Source: Phoronis australis (lineage: Eukaryota > Animalia > Phoronida). From it: 64,000 bases of DNA. Positions within the stretch are counted from its first letter, which is position 1. Each line of letters opens with the position of its first letter. A program made the position numbers and the translations under genes. This document shows positions 12,301-25,079 of the stretch, piece after piece. Location of the stretch: positions 634,789 through 698,788 of the forward strand of contig NMRA01000180.1 of the NCBI GenBank assembly GCA_002633005.1, in the 5' to 3' direction. The notes under the pieces were generated by a model that was not told the DNA's origin, did not search any database, and worked only from the letters and a program-made list of their open reading frames with translations.

Positions 12301-15300
12301 TGATAAATGCGCGCATGCGCTGTCAGGCATTCAACTAACAGCTGACTGACCTGAGGAATGTTATGGCAGATTATCATTTGTGGTCGCATTCTGAATCTGG
12401 GCTCGACAGCACATAATGATGCAAGCCGGTGAAGCAAAATAATTCCATGTCCATTTCAGAATGTATTTGAATACTGCTACACTTCTATAACTAATTTTTA
12501 GCAGTTAGGACTTAATCAATTGCCTCTTAATCGGATTGACTGCTGCTTGAAGTTGCCATTGCTTTGTTTACATCAAAGGTCAAAGATCACATTCTCCATA
12601 CAAGGAAATGCACTCCATGTCTTAATTGCTATACCAAATAAGGAGACGTTCTTTGCCTTGTGGAAGAAAAATCGACAAGTAGGCAAATACACTTAATTTT
12701 GATGTGAGCACCTCTCAAAATATATAGAAATGACACATTGATAGTTTTTGGGATACCCTGTAGGCCTTCAATTCAAACAAAATCCAGTATAGTACAATAA
12801 CAAGCTGACAGCAACGGAACGGGTGAACAGAAGCTGCAAAATTGTCGGATGGGTTTTCTTCCAAAATGACATGCAGCGTGAAGCGTGAGGAAATATTGAG
12901 TTCAGCAACTAGGACCGGTAGCGGACGAGGGAGNTGTTCCGTTTTTTTTTTTCTTGAACACCTCCGGCCCCCGCCCCCACAACTTTTGGGCCACTGTGCA
13001 CGTACAACCACACTTTGTCCAATTCCCCGAGGCAACATGCTGGGCCCCCCGTCATGGTATCCTAGGTCTGCCACTGACCAGATACTTTGCTTGTGAGGGC
13101 CCGGTACCCTAGAAGTGCTTAGCTATGCAAGTTGAAGAGAAGGCTAAATGTTCAGCTGAGACTATACGGGACACGTCTAGACAACCAGCTAGGGAGAAAA
13201 AATAGCTGTCTCAGTGTAACATTATTCGTTTTACCTGAGCAAACCTTTTTTGAACAAATGCAATTTGTAAATAGTGACAAAGGAGTAATATAGTTGAAGT
13301 TAGATCCCTGCAGGGTCGGATAGAATGTGGCATTATCGTGGAATTACAATGCTGTGGTTCTAAACTTTTGACTTAATCAGACTGGGCTTCTGATATTCAA
13401 CATGTTGTGTAGTTCTTTATACAATGTACATCCAGGTACAAGGAGGCGCATTATCCCGGTCAAAATCAACGACAGTGAACTTACAAACCGACGTAACAAA
13501 GAAAATGAATCCTGAGTTCACCATTGTTAGTTGGATATTTTAGGAGCATTACATTTCCTGATTGTTCCATAAAGGCGAATTCGTCAATGTCAAAAAATTC
13601 AAGCAATCGTATAATCCTCGGTGGTTATTTATCTCTCCGGTCTGTGAAAATGTCGACTCCACACACTCACTAACATGTCGGTCCCACTGAGTCGGCGGTG
13701 TTCGTCTCTGGGACCTACTTCCCAATGTCTCATATACTTCATTATAATACGTTAGCAACAATGAGGTACCAGATTCCACTGCGAGTACTGGAATCTGAAT
13801 CAGGTATCTATAGGTATTTTCAAAACAGAAGTGAAAACTTCCAAAAAAGTATAACACTCCCCAATCGACGGTCTCTCTATCGGCTCGACAGTTACCTGAA
13901 AAAATGCAACGTAAACATTTCAACCGATTAATGTCATAGTTTGAAAAGTTTCCTTCCTAAATTTAGTCATCAGTTAAAGACTACCTGAATAATGCCTCCA
14001 CGATTACGTGTACTAAAGTACGATTGTCTTTATAATATAATGACGTTTGCTGATCGAATGTAACATAGGCCTACTGATAATGTACTGTACATATCCGAGA
14101 GGGCTGGAAGTGCAATTACATGATCGAGCCGCGGCCGACTGAACTGCACTGGCAGCCATATGGGGCCATCTTTTCATTAAGAGGCCAACCCCCGGAAAGA
14201 GTTTACATGTACGTCAAGCCAGGACAAAAAAACTTGGTAAATATCCCGTCTGATCTCGAGCTCGCGTGGCGTACTACGAGGTCACATTTTAGTAGATGCC
14301 GCAGTTGGAAAATTAGCGGAATACCACCCAATCAGAACAATGGCAGATTTAGGGGGGGGGGGCATGCCCCCTAAAATTACCATTTGGCAGTTCAGGGTGC
14401 GAATTACTGACTAGCATATGCGCGCACCCGGGGGGGGGGTCGGGAGGGCGAATGCACAATGCATAGGCCTTGAACAAACCCCCCTTTACCTTTTTTGTTT
14501 TAGTAATAAGGTCCACAAACCCAAAAATTCGAGACCCCTGCATCCTTACATTTTAGATTGGACGCGCGCATGTGGCAAAATTCTGGTTATTCCTGTGCCC
14601 TGCCCCCCTAACTCAAAATCCTGGATCCCCCTGGATATAAGCTGCATAAATGGTTTCAGCAGAATTTATCCTGTACAAGACAAACGTAACAAATAGAGGT
14701 ATTTTAATCGTTGTCTCTGTGAAAGCGACAGCAACGAACCCGTCATATTTCTATTTGTTGTCGTACTTTTTCAAACTAAGGGTGTGCCTGAAGAGCGAAA
14801 AGTGTATTTTTTCGTAACAATACTTTCCGTTCAACATTACAGCTGCAGTTATTCGAGAAAATGGCACTGCTATAGACCTTATTCACGCAGTATTGAGCCT
14901 CTTTTTATGTTTAAAAACAATACATTTGAGACATGAATATAACGAGGCAGGCGAAAAATCACTCTTTGCGCTGTATTAAGCGCAAAATGCATTGCTTTAA
15001 AACCTAAAAAGAGGCTCACTACTAAAATGACGACTGCGTGAATGCGGTGTATGTTGAGAATGAGTAAAACACACGTGCATTATACAAACAGCTTTCCTTA
15101 ACACAATTGTTATGTTTATACTATTCTTTCGAAATGATTTTTGCTTGATTCGCTTTCTATTATGTAGCACAAGCGCAACTTCCTAGTAGAGGACATCATG
15201 GCCGCCCTACCAGACGAGATGTTAACTGTGGCCGCGGTTGGAATGACGTACGCCTTGACGCGGTATAGTGACACAGAGGTAATATTCAAAATGCAGTGTA

Positions 15301-16257
15301 CGCGTTCATACTGGTTTTTCATGTTTCGTGCACCGTCACAAACTAAACATGACGCTATCTTGATCAATACAACAAGTAAATGTTCATTCCTCTCAGATTG
15401 TGAGCTCAAGTTGGGGTACCTTTACTACGGGCGGCCACGTTACAAGTACGCAGTGTCTCGGATAATGTGTTTACATTTCAGCTACCTGCATGATTTCGAT
15501 TTGTGATGAGTGAATGGAATGTGCCCGAGCATTCGTTTATTCCAACTTTTGCATTTTTATCATTTAATTAACAAACCGGGCACCAGCATCTTAACTGACA
15601 TACCCTTGCGAAGTGAGTTCATTGCCTGAGCGAAATGTTTTCTATTTACAATGACTGGACTTGATTGACTTCTCCGGTTTTGTATGGTCAACCGGCTAAG
15701 ACATTTGATTGACTTGTAAGCCAGAAGTCTTCATAGAGAACCAGCGGAGCCGGCGAAGTCAATCAAGTCCATTCATTGTTATCTTTTAATCAAAAATTCT
15801 CTCACGCATTGATTGGATTGCATTGTCTCAGTAGAGTTAATGAAAATTTTTAAATGTACGGACATATCCCCCGATATACTGTTTTTTAGAGTTTGTGTTT
15901 TTATACCCGACTCCATTTTTGATATCAAAAAATTACTTGTCAAACATAGCGGTGTTTTAAAAGACGCATAACCTAAGATATGATATAGAACGACACCAAA
16001 TTTAGATATTACGAATAATTATTAACATAGACCCATGCATACATGGCAAATGACTATTGCTATCATTGCACACATAGGTGTATTTGGGTGATTTCCCAGA
16101 GGAACTGTTTGTCGAAGATGCAGCCAAGGTGGCTCAAGCAAAGTTCCGGCAGAATCTCGGCGATATCTCGACAAAAATCAAAGCAAGGAATGATGGAAGA
16201 GAGTTCAAGTATTTGTATCTACTGCCTGAGAGAGTACCATCCAGTATCGCTGCTTGA
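3366..16257 (+). CDS. LOX-A: arachidonate lipoxygenase-like protein (N-terminal PLAT + LOX catalytic domain), 11 coding exons, about 683 aa
   Basis: Exons 3366-3388, 4433-4524, 5274-5434, 5939-6217, 7291-7391, 8746-8950, 9440-9881, 10916-11166, 11446-11652, 15168-15278, 16078-16257. All introns are GT-AG, phases are compatible and the total is 2052 nt in frame. PLAT motifs: YTAEVYT..GTDNNVYLSL, DVGDL, DDWRLDKV, FPVYAW. LOX motifs: W.DD..FG...LNGPNP, WTMAK, HQMGSHLMGTH, HPIYKLL.PH, PNYHYRDD, HAAVNFGQ, YLLPERVPSSIAA*. Exon 1 (MTSTKDKG) is the least certain. Confidence 0.93.
5571..5710. mobile_element. Second copy of the 1020-1165 MITE, inverted, in LOX-A intron 3
   Basis: GTGCGTTCAGTTAACGCTAGGACCT...AGGTCCTAGAGTTACTAAACGGGAGGC is the reverse-complement homolog of 1020-1165. 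Confidence 0.7.
5715..5805 (-). mobile_element. tRNA-derived SINE head
   Basis: The minus strand reads GAGGCAGTGTGGCCCAATG (A-box-like)...GGTCGTGAGTTCGAGTCCCAC (B-box GTTCGAGTC); no complete cloverleaf. Confidence 0.6.
15648..15780. mobile_element. Small palindromic MITE in LOX-A intron 10 (homolog at about 52815-52972)
   Basis: ACAATGACTGGACTTGATTGACTTC.CCGG / CCGGCGAAGTCAATCAAGTCCATTCATTGT inverted ends. Confidence 0.7.
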
Positions 16258-19000
16258 TGACATCTATGTTAACTTCAAGAGTATCTTATAAAGAGTAATG
16301 ACGACGAGGTGGCTTAATGTTTGAAAATAGCTTTGAGGTTTTTAATTTTACTAACTCTACACCGTTTAATTAAATTTTATATTTATCGCATACCTGTTAA
16401 GGACGTATCTTAAGTTTATTTTAAAACAAATGTATTAATGTTTTCAGTGTTTGCAATGAAATATTTTAAAAAATAGTTAATTTTCTATAATTGTTCTTCA
16501 ATGAGAGGTGTTGCATTTTCGAAGCCGCTTGTAATACGTTGTGGTTATTTAAGTGAGACTTGTCAATCGAAAACAAATGTCAGCCAAATTTCTCTCACTG
16601 TGCAAAGCTCTCGAATAACTTCTCCACAAACATAAACCCGCCGCAGAAATGGGCTATTGCTAAGAAGTCGTTGAAGAAATCGTATCTGTTGACCATAGAT
16701 TATAGACTACAGATTCGCAACTCCGGCATATCCTTACGTGCTGAGTTAAACTCTCCTGACCTATCTGCTGCAGTTTCCGGTCAGTGCATTTTAACAAGAA
16801 ATACTTGCATCTACTTTACTGTCCAAAACAACAAAAAAATATTAATTTCGGCATTGAAACGGTTTTCAAAGTCTTTCAATAGTAGAAGTGTTGGTATTGT
16901 GAGTACTTTTGGCAATGCTACTGGTAATTAATTACAAAATTCAAATTTCGGTGCCGACTGATTATGTCGTCTGCTTGCCCAATAGCAGCATAGTTATCGG
17001 AAAGTTTTTGATTTATGGTTCATGCTGTTGACTGAGCACAGTGCGCATGTCTGGAGTAGTGTTTATTGCTACCGCTTGGAAGTTTGTTGTAGTAAATTTT
17101 TTTAGTATTATAGTCATTCTTGCTATGTAGGGTAAACAGTTACTTATTAGCCCGACCTACTTTTGTTGGAATGGTCGACTAAGCTCTCGTAAAATCAATA
17201 AGCCTGACGAAATCGTTCTTTTGTGATATAGGTCGTTCAACCCATTGTGACCTACTGCGTGCCGGGGTCAAACGTTATCACATAGTTGAAAATGTTCTCT
17301 TGTTTGCGGCGAACGAGCTCGTTGAAGCGATGCTGGTCACTTGGTTTCGTTCCCCGTTCACGGGAAGGCCTGCAGTTTGGTGAGGACTATAAAAAGACCA
17401 ACTGTATTTGCACTGTGCCGGATTCAGGGTCTGCAGTGCCCTAAGCTATCAGAATTCCGGCGACGCCACTTGCCGTTAGTGAGGCTAGTCTAGTTTTTGC
17501 ACAAAACTTAAATAGCACACGGAATAAACTTATCAAACTGAAAGTTGTGGAATAACCAATGTATTCCTACCGGGAAAGCTGTCTCTCTAGTGAGCATTTA
17601 TACGAATGTACACCTTAAGCTTATGCGCGTTAACGGCGTGACAACTATAATAAATAGATGTTTTTACCGTATATGGGTGTGTTATTAGCCGGGGGTGCTG
17701 CGCCATGTGAACATTTTGACGAGGCCGAAGGCGCAGTATGAATAAGAAAGAATTCGAGGCCAAATTTATAGCATAAAGAGGGCGAATTCAAATGCTCGCT
17801 TCTTAGACGGAACGTGGGTTTATTACCCGCTCGACCCGAATTTGGCGAGTAAGACGGTTGAAATTCAAATTAAACCGATTTTTGTATGTTATACATCGAC
17901 ACCAATCATGCGCCTAAACTTAGTGTTAACAATTAAAAATAACAACAACAAAAACAAATCCGTTGGGATCAAATGGATACAACGAACTTCTCAACAGAGC
18001 CCCTACACAGAGGTGCATTCCACAAGATCACTGTTGGAGTAGCACAGTAAGGCTGAAGGGATACAATATGATACAGTGGAAACTGGGAAAAATAATACAA
18101 ATATTCCCTCCAGCGCACGTAAATTAAGCCCCTATGAATAAAACTTGACATAAATAACATGCAAAATCAATTATTCAAGCTAATATAAAGGCACTGACCT
18201 AATTTTCGGGACCATAAAAATGACTTTATTACAACTGAATATTGCAGTTAAACAGGGTGCCATGTTCTGGTAAGCAGTTTGACCCCAGACTGATTAGATC
18301 ACTTGTTTGAACAAATAAATATCAATTCTTTTCAATTACAACATCTCGGTCTTCAATTCATTATGTGACAAAGTAGTTACGCCGCTATTAAGGGTTACGC
18401 AGACTTTTTTCTTCAAAATCCATGGTTGACCTCCTCACAGCATCCTTCAGTAATCAGCCAGTGCCTGTGCTACTGACAAAAGGATCACCCTGTGTTTTAT
18501 TGACGTGACCCTTCATGAAAATTTGTAGACTCTAGTTTCAAAAATACAACCGAATAAAATTTTGTCAAGTCATTCTCCGACTAAATGTTTCCGTCCGAGT
18601 ACGCGATGGGGTGTAATCATTCATGCCCGGTTTCAAAGTTTGACTGAGGGTGGCGATAATCCTGGCAGTTATCTTTCTGGACCACATCACACTCGAATTT
18701 GCCGGGACCCGTTTTTGGAAGCACTGACTGGACATTGTCGTTCGCATTTCTGTTATTACGAATTCTGTCTCATCTCAGAATCGTGGAGCCAAGAGTTATC
18801 GTCGTCAGTGTACACACATTTCCCACCCCCCGAGTTTAGCTGTGTAGAGGCGCTGCCTAAAAATCCACAGTCTCGACGTTTGCAACATATCATCGAATTC
18901 GAGACACACCTCGAGCAAAGCGGGCAAGTGTCTGACACAAATAGTAGAAAAATTGAATACGGAACTGTTGTTAAATATTGCTAAAGCACTACGTGAATCA

Positions 19001-20289
19001 GGCCCGAACCCCCTCCCCCCGCGGGAAAGGTACAACCCCAGCCTCTCCGTTAAAGCTAGTACATAAACGAAATTGTTGCAGCTACTCGTACTACTAACTA
19101 CAACGATAACCAAGTTAGTAATAATTTTGAATTATGATTCAAAGTGCTTCACGTAATCATCGAGTCGTACCTGGCCAACTTCACCCGAGTTGGCAAAACG
19201 TAGATGACAGTATCGTGGTGGATAATTCAATAGTCCTACTTCATTCTCTTTTATAAATGTATGTTCGTACTCATTTTTCTCGTATTCTGATGGCATGCCG
19301 GCAATTTCCATGTGCATGAAATCCAAATAAAGGGTTTCATTACACGGGCGTTGTTTTCGGTATAGCTGCAACACTGAATGCATCTAATAACGCTCGTAAT
19401 CACGATCAAGAGTTCGTTCGTGTTTTACAACCGAAATCCTTCGTCCATAATTACGCTCGTGATTATGATTGAGACTTCGCTCGTGTTTCGAGACCGAAAC
19501 CGTTAGTCCATAAGCACCCCGTGATTACGACGAAGACTTCGCTCGTGTTTTGCCGCTCAAATCGCTATATCCAATAAGAAATTGTTTTGTTGGTCTCGTA
19601 AGCTCTAAAGACGTTTTACCATCGTATTTTTCGCTCGTAATTTTAGTCATTATATTTAAGTACGAGTCCACGAAACCAACAATCATTAAATCTATACGCA
19701 GTTGATATTGTTTTTATTATGCAAGTGGTTTGTTTGCAAATGTCTTGAATATAGAGTGAGTGATTTACCACCAACGTTTAGACATTCTACTACACAACCC
19801 CCAAAAAGCCATTTTGAACCAATGTTTTTTTGCAACGTTATATGTCCTCTGCACGCATTGTTCAGAGTAAGAGAATGAAACTTTGCGTAAATAAATGAAA
19901 AAGCATGGTTATTTTAATAAACAATGTAAAAGCTTTGTCAGACAGCCTGCTAGATATACATTTTGGGACATCAACATGCACTAAAACGGGCCACTTTCAA
20001 GTGCCTGGGATAGATAGGGCAACAAATAAAAACATTTCTGTCAGTCTTTGATATTTTCCAGCTTTTGTACTTATGCTTCGCACCTGAGGTTTTACCTTCT
20101 GAATAGTTCATAAAATGTAACAAATACGAGCGTGAAATTACGAACGTAAAACTACGATCGAAAAGTACTAGTGTAAAATTACGAGTGTGACTTCCTCAGA
20201 GCTCACGTAACCAATTAACCACGAGCAAAGTTTCGGTGGTAATTACGCGAGACACTTTCACTGGTACGGCCCGCGATGGGTTCTGGGCC
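19001..20289. mobile_element. Putative non-autonomous DNA transposon with imperfect GGCCC..GGGCC TIRs and internal ~60-bp subrepeats
   Basis: Left end GGCCCGAACCC..CGCGGG..GTAC; right end GTACGGCCCGCGATGGGTTCTGGGCC. Three ~60-bp TTACGCTCGT/CTTCGCTCGTGTTT units at 19385-19560, with inverse-sense TACGAGCG motifs at 20120-20250. Confidence 0.5.
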
Positions 20290-20689
20290 ATATTACATCC
20301 GAATTTGAGCTGCCTTCTTTGCGAGCAACCGTTATGACCTCCTGATTTCTGGTATTACAACCTTCGTCTGATCTCAAAAACGTAGTGCTGATAGCCCCCT
20401 AGTTCAGCTGCGTGAAGGGCCTTACTCTACGCAAAATATCAAAGGTCCACCCTTCTAGAAATCCGAACCACCCCCGCGCAATGCTACAGGACTCCACTTG
20501 GCAAATTACATTTGTCACCCCTAAACTAAAACTCTTAGTTTCATGACACGTGAAGCATGGTATAAAAAACACACGCGTGACGTCGTCGCCACGACAAACA
20601 TGTAACAATACATTAGACGATTTATCTGAGCCAATACAGCCGGAAATGTACTTCATTCAGCGATAGACACTGAAATAATGAAACATTGA

Positions 20690-22005
20690 CCTTTAAGTAA
20701 GCCAGTAGGTTGATGACAATACTTGTTGATATATTACCAGTGTGTTTCTAGCCTCATCATATATGCGGCATTCCAACAGAAAACGGTGTTCTTTTTCAAT
20801 ACAATTCATGCTGCAGCACGGGCATATTATCTTGTTGACTGTGAGACCCACGTGTCTCCCTTTAACGCTCTTAATTAAGAGAATGGCCACATCATTTAAG
20901 TCTAGCCAAAGCGGATATGAGCAAAACACTATCAAAATGCCTTATAGAAGCTTGCGACGAGAAATCACTTTGAACTAGTTCATACACATATAACGACCGT
21001 GCAAAAATTTTATCTTTCCAATGTTGCACGCCAATGTCAATACATCGTCGCTTGAATTCCTTGATAAAATTACTCACATCTCCTACGCCTTGATTCAGGC
21101 ACACAATTCTAAAACCATATTCGAACAGAATTTTCTTCACATTTGTTACCGAACAAAGTCTATTAAATTTAGCCATTTCCCACTGTACATCAGCGGTGAT
21201 TCGAGAACTCTAAACCAGTACTTTTAAGTAATTGAAATTACTCTGCTGAACATCCTAACTTATATAGTTGTTCTTCCATGTTCACCTCTTGCAGCAGCAT
21301 TGGAGTAAGGCATTCAGATCAAGCTGTAACAGATATTTACATAATTTATTATGAACCGTTTCTGTCTGGCTTTGGGTTCATGGAAACCCCATATTTCGGA
21401 GCCATATAATAAAACTGGAAAAATTTCAGAGTCAAACAATTTGTACCATAATCATACCTGCATGTCGACAAATTTTACGACGTTACTTTTCAAAACAAAT
21501 GATGTTTTTTATGCTTTTTCAAAAAGTGTTTTATGTTCCTTTTTAAAGACACCTTTCGTTGAGAATGTTACGCCTAAATGATTAAATTCAGAAGCTACGT
21601 TATTTTTTTCCATCGAATATCTTCCCTTGTTCATAATGTCTCAAATAACCACCTTTCTAAAAACCATAATTTTTGTCTTGGGCTTGTTTACGCGCAGTTT
21701 CCACCTGTTACAGCATTCTTCCACTTTTCCAACCAGTCTTTGCATTAGCCACTGCTGTTTCAGCAAATAGAACCAGATCATTCAGCAAATACACTCTGAA
21801 TAGTCTTACACGATCCACTACCATTTTTAGGTAGTTTTCTAGGTCACTCAAAAACATCGAAATTAAAAATGTCAAAAACGTCAGTTACAAAACCTGTATC
21901 ACTAATCAGGACACGGGCTTTAAGGTTTTCATGTATATTTTTCAATATATTGTACATTTTACCTTTGATACCAAAACAAATGAGTTTATATTTCAATCCT
22001 TCTAA
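20690..22005 (-). mobile_element. Decayed, 5'-truncated non-LTR retrotransposon (LINE ORF2 RT plus C-terminal region)
   Basis: Frameshifted minus-strand pieces: DLVLFAET..QRLVGKVEECCNRWKLRVNKPKTKIMVFRK (RT domains 5-7) and ICPCCSMNCIEKEHRFLLECRIYDEAR (C-terminal CCHC-type motif). Absent from the duplicate block. Confidence 0.8.
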
Positions 22006-22862
22006 ATGTCTGGCTTGTAAACGTTCATGTGAATGTGGTCCATAATTTCGATCGAGACTACGCTCTTGTTTTACGACCGTAATCGTTATATTTAATGATA
22101 AATTGATTTATAGGTTACTTGGTGTGTGCAGAAGTTGCACGTTTGTAAATTTAGGCTAGAATTTTTCGCTTATAAATTTAGCAGGACGTCGAACTAAATT
22201 TCAAGTTTAAGTACCAGTCCCCGAGGCCACCAACCCTTCAACTAATACTCATTTGATATAGTTTTGTGGTGCAAATGTTTTGAATAAAGAATGAGTGATT
22301 TACCACCAACATTTAGACTTTCCACTGCATTACCCCCCCCCCGAGAAAAGTTTTCAATCTTTGTTTTTTGCAATGTTATATATCATCCGCACACACAGCT
22401 AAGAGCAAGCGAGTTATATTTGGCCTAAATATTGAAAAAACCTGGTTAGTTTCAAAAAATAAAACAAAAACACATGGCCAGACAACCTGGTAGATGTACA
22501 TTTTGGCACATATGGATGAACTGTGTACCTCGGGAGCAAGTTTTCGGTTATACAGAATTTGTTAAATGCACGACACTTTTCATTGTTCACAGTCTTTATT
22601 CAGTTACGTTCGTACTTTCGGAACAAAACTCTACTCTCAACTGAACATAGATACAGTAACTGACCTAGCTACATAATTAAAAGACACACGATATTTCGAA
22701 ACATACCCGTTTCATTCTCAAGTGAAGATAAAATGACACAGTAATGCCACCACAGAGTATAAGCTGACGACACACACAGTGAGACACGGCGGGTGTGAAA
22801 TACTGCAAAGAATGACTAATGAATTGGGGTAACAGGAAAGTCACGCAAACAAGTGTAACGTG

Positions 22863-23384
22863 NNNNNNNNNNNNNNNNNNNNNNNNNNNNNNNNNNNNNN
22901 NNNNNNNNNNNNNNNNNNNNNNNNNNNNNNNNNNNNNNNNNNNNNNNNNNNNNNNNNNNNNNNNNNNNNNNNNNNNNNNNNNNNNNNNNNNNNNNNNNNN
23001 NNNNNNNNNNNNNNNNNNNNNNNNNNNNNNNNNNNNNNNNNNNNNNNNNNNNNNNNNNNNNNNNNNNNNNNNNNNNNNNNNNNNNNNNNNNNNNNNNNNN
23101 NNNNNNNNNNNNNNNNNNNNNNNNNNNNNNNNNNNNNNNNNNNNNNNNNNNNNNNNNNNNNNNNNNNNNNNNNNNNNNNNNNNNNNNNNNNNNNNNNNNN
23201 NNNNNNNNNNNNNNNNNNNNNNNNNNNNNNNNNNNNNNNNNNNNNNNNNNNNNNNNNNNNNNNNNNNNNNNNNNNNNNNNNNNNNNNNNNNNNNNNNNNN
23301 NNNNNNNNNNNNNNNNNNNNNNNNNNNNNNNNNNNNNNNNNNNNNNNNNNNNNNNNNNNNNNNNNNNNNNNNNNNNNNNNNNNN
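22863..23384. other. Assembly gap
   Basis: Run of N. Confidence 1.
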
Positions 23385-25079
23385 CCCCCCCCTAAATCCG
23401 TAGTCATGAAAATACAACCTGGCTGGCCCATTCTCTGGTCGTTACTATGATGCTTGACAACTGACCGAGATGCGACAAAATATGATCTAACTTTTCGAAA
23501 ACATTTATTTTACACGGACACATTTTGCTTCGTCGGCGTATGGCAACGACCCAACGCTTCCGAATCTAAACGTCTTTAGAGATTGTGAAGCGTGTACATA
23601 TTTTTCCTAGCCGTTCGGGGAACAACACGGACTGAAACACAGACTCCTATGCCGATAAGCTAACAGAGCTATCGTAGCGAGCCTCGTTTTGGAACGCGCC
23701 TCCTGTCGGCGTGAATAGGGTCTATGTTAAGAGCTTCGCTTTTAGCCCTCTAGTGCCATAAATTGCCAAATGTAACGAAATGTTAGGCGTATTAGCTTGC
23801 TTTTGTCTACGTCACCGCGAGAATCACCTTTTTAATTTAAACAGCTGCGAATAACACTCGTACGCAGTGGTGTTCTATTAAGACCCCTATTCAACACAAC
23901 CTTTTGTTGTTTGTGCTGGGATCTCGCGGTGACCCAACATGGCACGAAAAGGCAGGCTTCACTTAGCATTTGACGGGCTTACAGTTGAGTGATTGAACTT
24001 GCGTTTTCTTATTTTACTAAGTCTTTGCTAGGACTATCTGGTTAGCCTAATACATCTAAAGTAACAAAATTCCGTTGAAGTTAGGCTTTAGGCAGCGGCA
24101 AGTCCCTGGCTTTGAATATATAGGGCTGTCCCGGATTACACGGCTACTGATAGAGAACTCTCCTTGTCGCGGAGATAAGAAAGCGTGTGACCTCGTTTTG
24201 GAAATCAGGCGCATTTTCGTGTTTCTCATTGATGTCGGGAAGGCAAAGAATTTCAGATCACGCATCCACGGGTATTTGTCCAGTGTAACAAACTTTCTCG
24301 CGTCGGAGTTGCAGGCCACAGCACAGCAGTAATCACCTCGTTGGCATTGGAAGTACGAATAGAGTAATGCAACAGAGAAAAACTTGTAAGGAGTCAGACA
24401 ACAACAAATAACATGTGAGAATCCACGAAAACGAAGCAGCAAATATGCCTGACGGATGTTTACGCCGGGCATTGTGAATAAATACAGCGAGAATCGAGTG
24501 TCACTGTGTTATCCGGGAAGATTCCATTAATTCCAATCTGTCCCGGAGGAGATTATAACGCCTAGGGACTTGCACTTTGTTGCAAACAAAGTCACACCGC
24601 TGTATTGCATGTAAGCAATGAATCACACTGCATTGTGCACGAAGCAACTCGTACTTAGCCTGGTTATGCATATTTGGTAGAATACATTTGGAGTTTCCAA
24701 TATTCCGACATCTGTGGAATGCCCGGCCGTCTATGCATTCAGATTCTCAACTTCATGAACGAAAACGAAATCGTATACGACAATCGGAGTGTGTCAATAG
24801 TGGGCTGAGTGTCATATAGTCGAACAATCACAATCGGAACAAAATCGGATGTTATCTCTGTTTCACTGAGCCGATAAATCTTATTCCACATTTAGCTCGA
24901 AAAGTTGTGTCAGTACATCTGTCTTGATATTCAGCCCGTATACGCCTAACCGCAGTATCTAAACAAGGCTTAAAAAGCAGCCCCCCCGGAATTTTCTCAG
25001 AGAATAGAGGCTGCTTTAATGAATAGGCATTCAAGTTTGTGAGTGCTCAACGAGTTCTCAGCTACGCTAGCGGCTTTTC

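Noticed and set aside
19385-19560. CRISPR-like periodic repeats
   Set aside because: Degenerate tandem units without unique spacers, in a eukaryotic context with no cas genes.
22677-23450. Long ORFs spanning X runs (also 55286-55786)
   Set aside because: Artefacts of translating N gaps.
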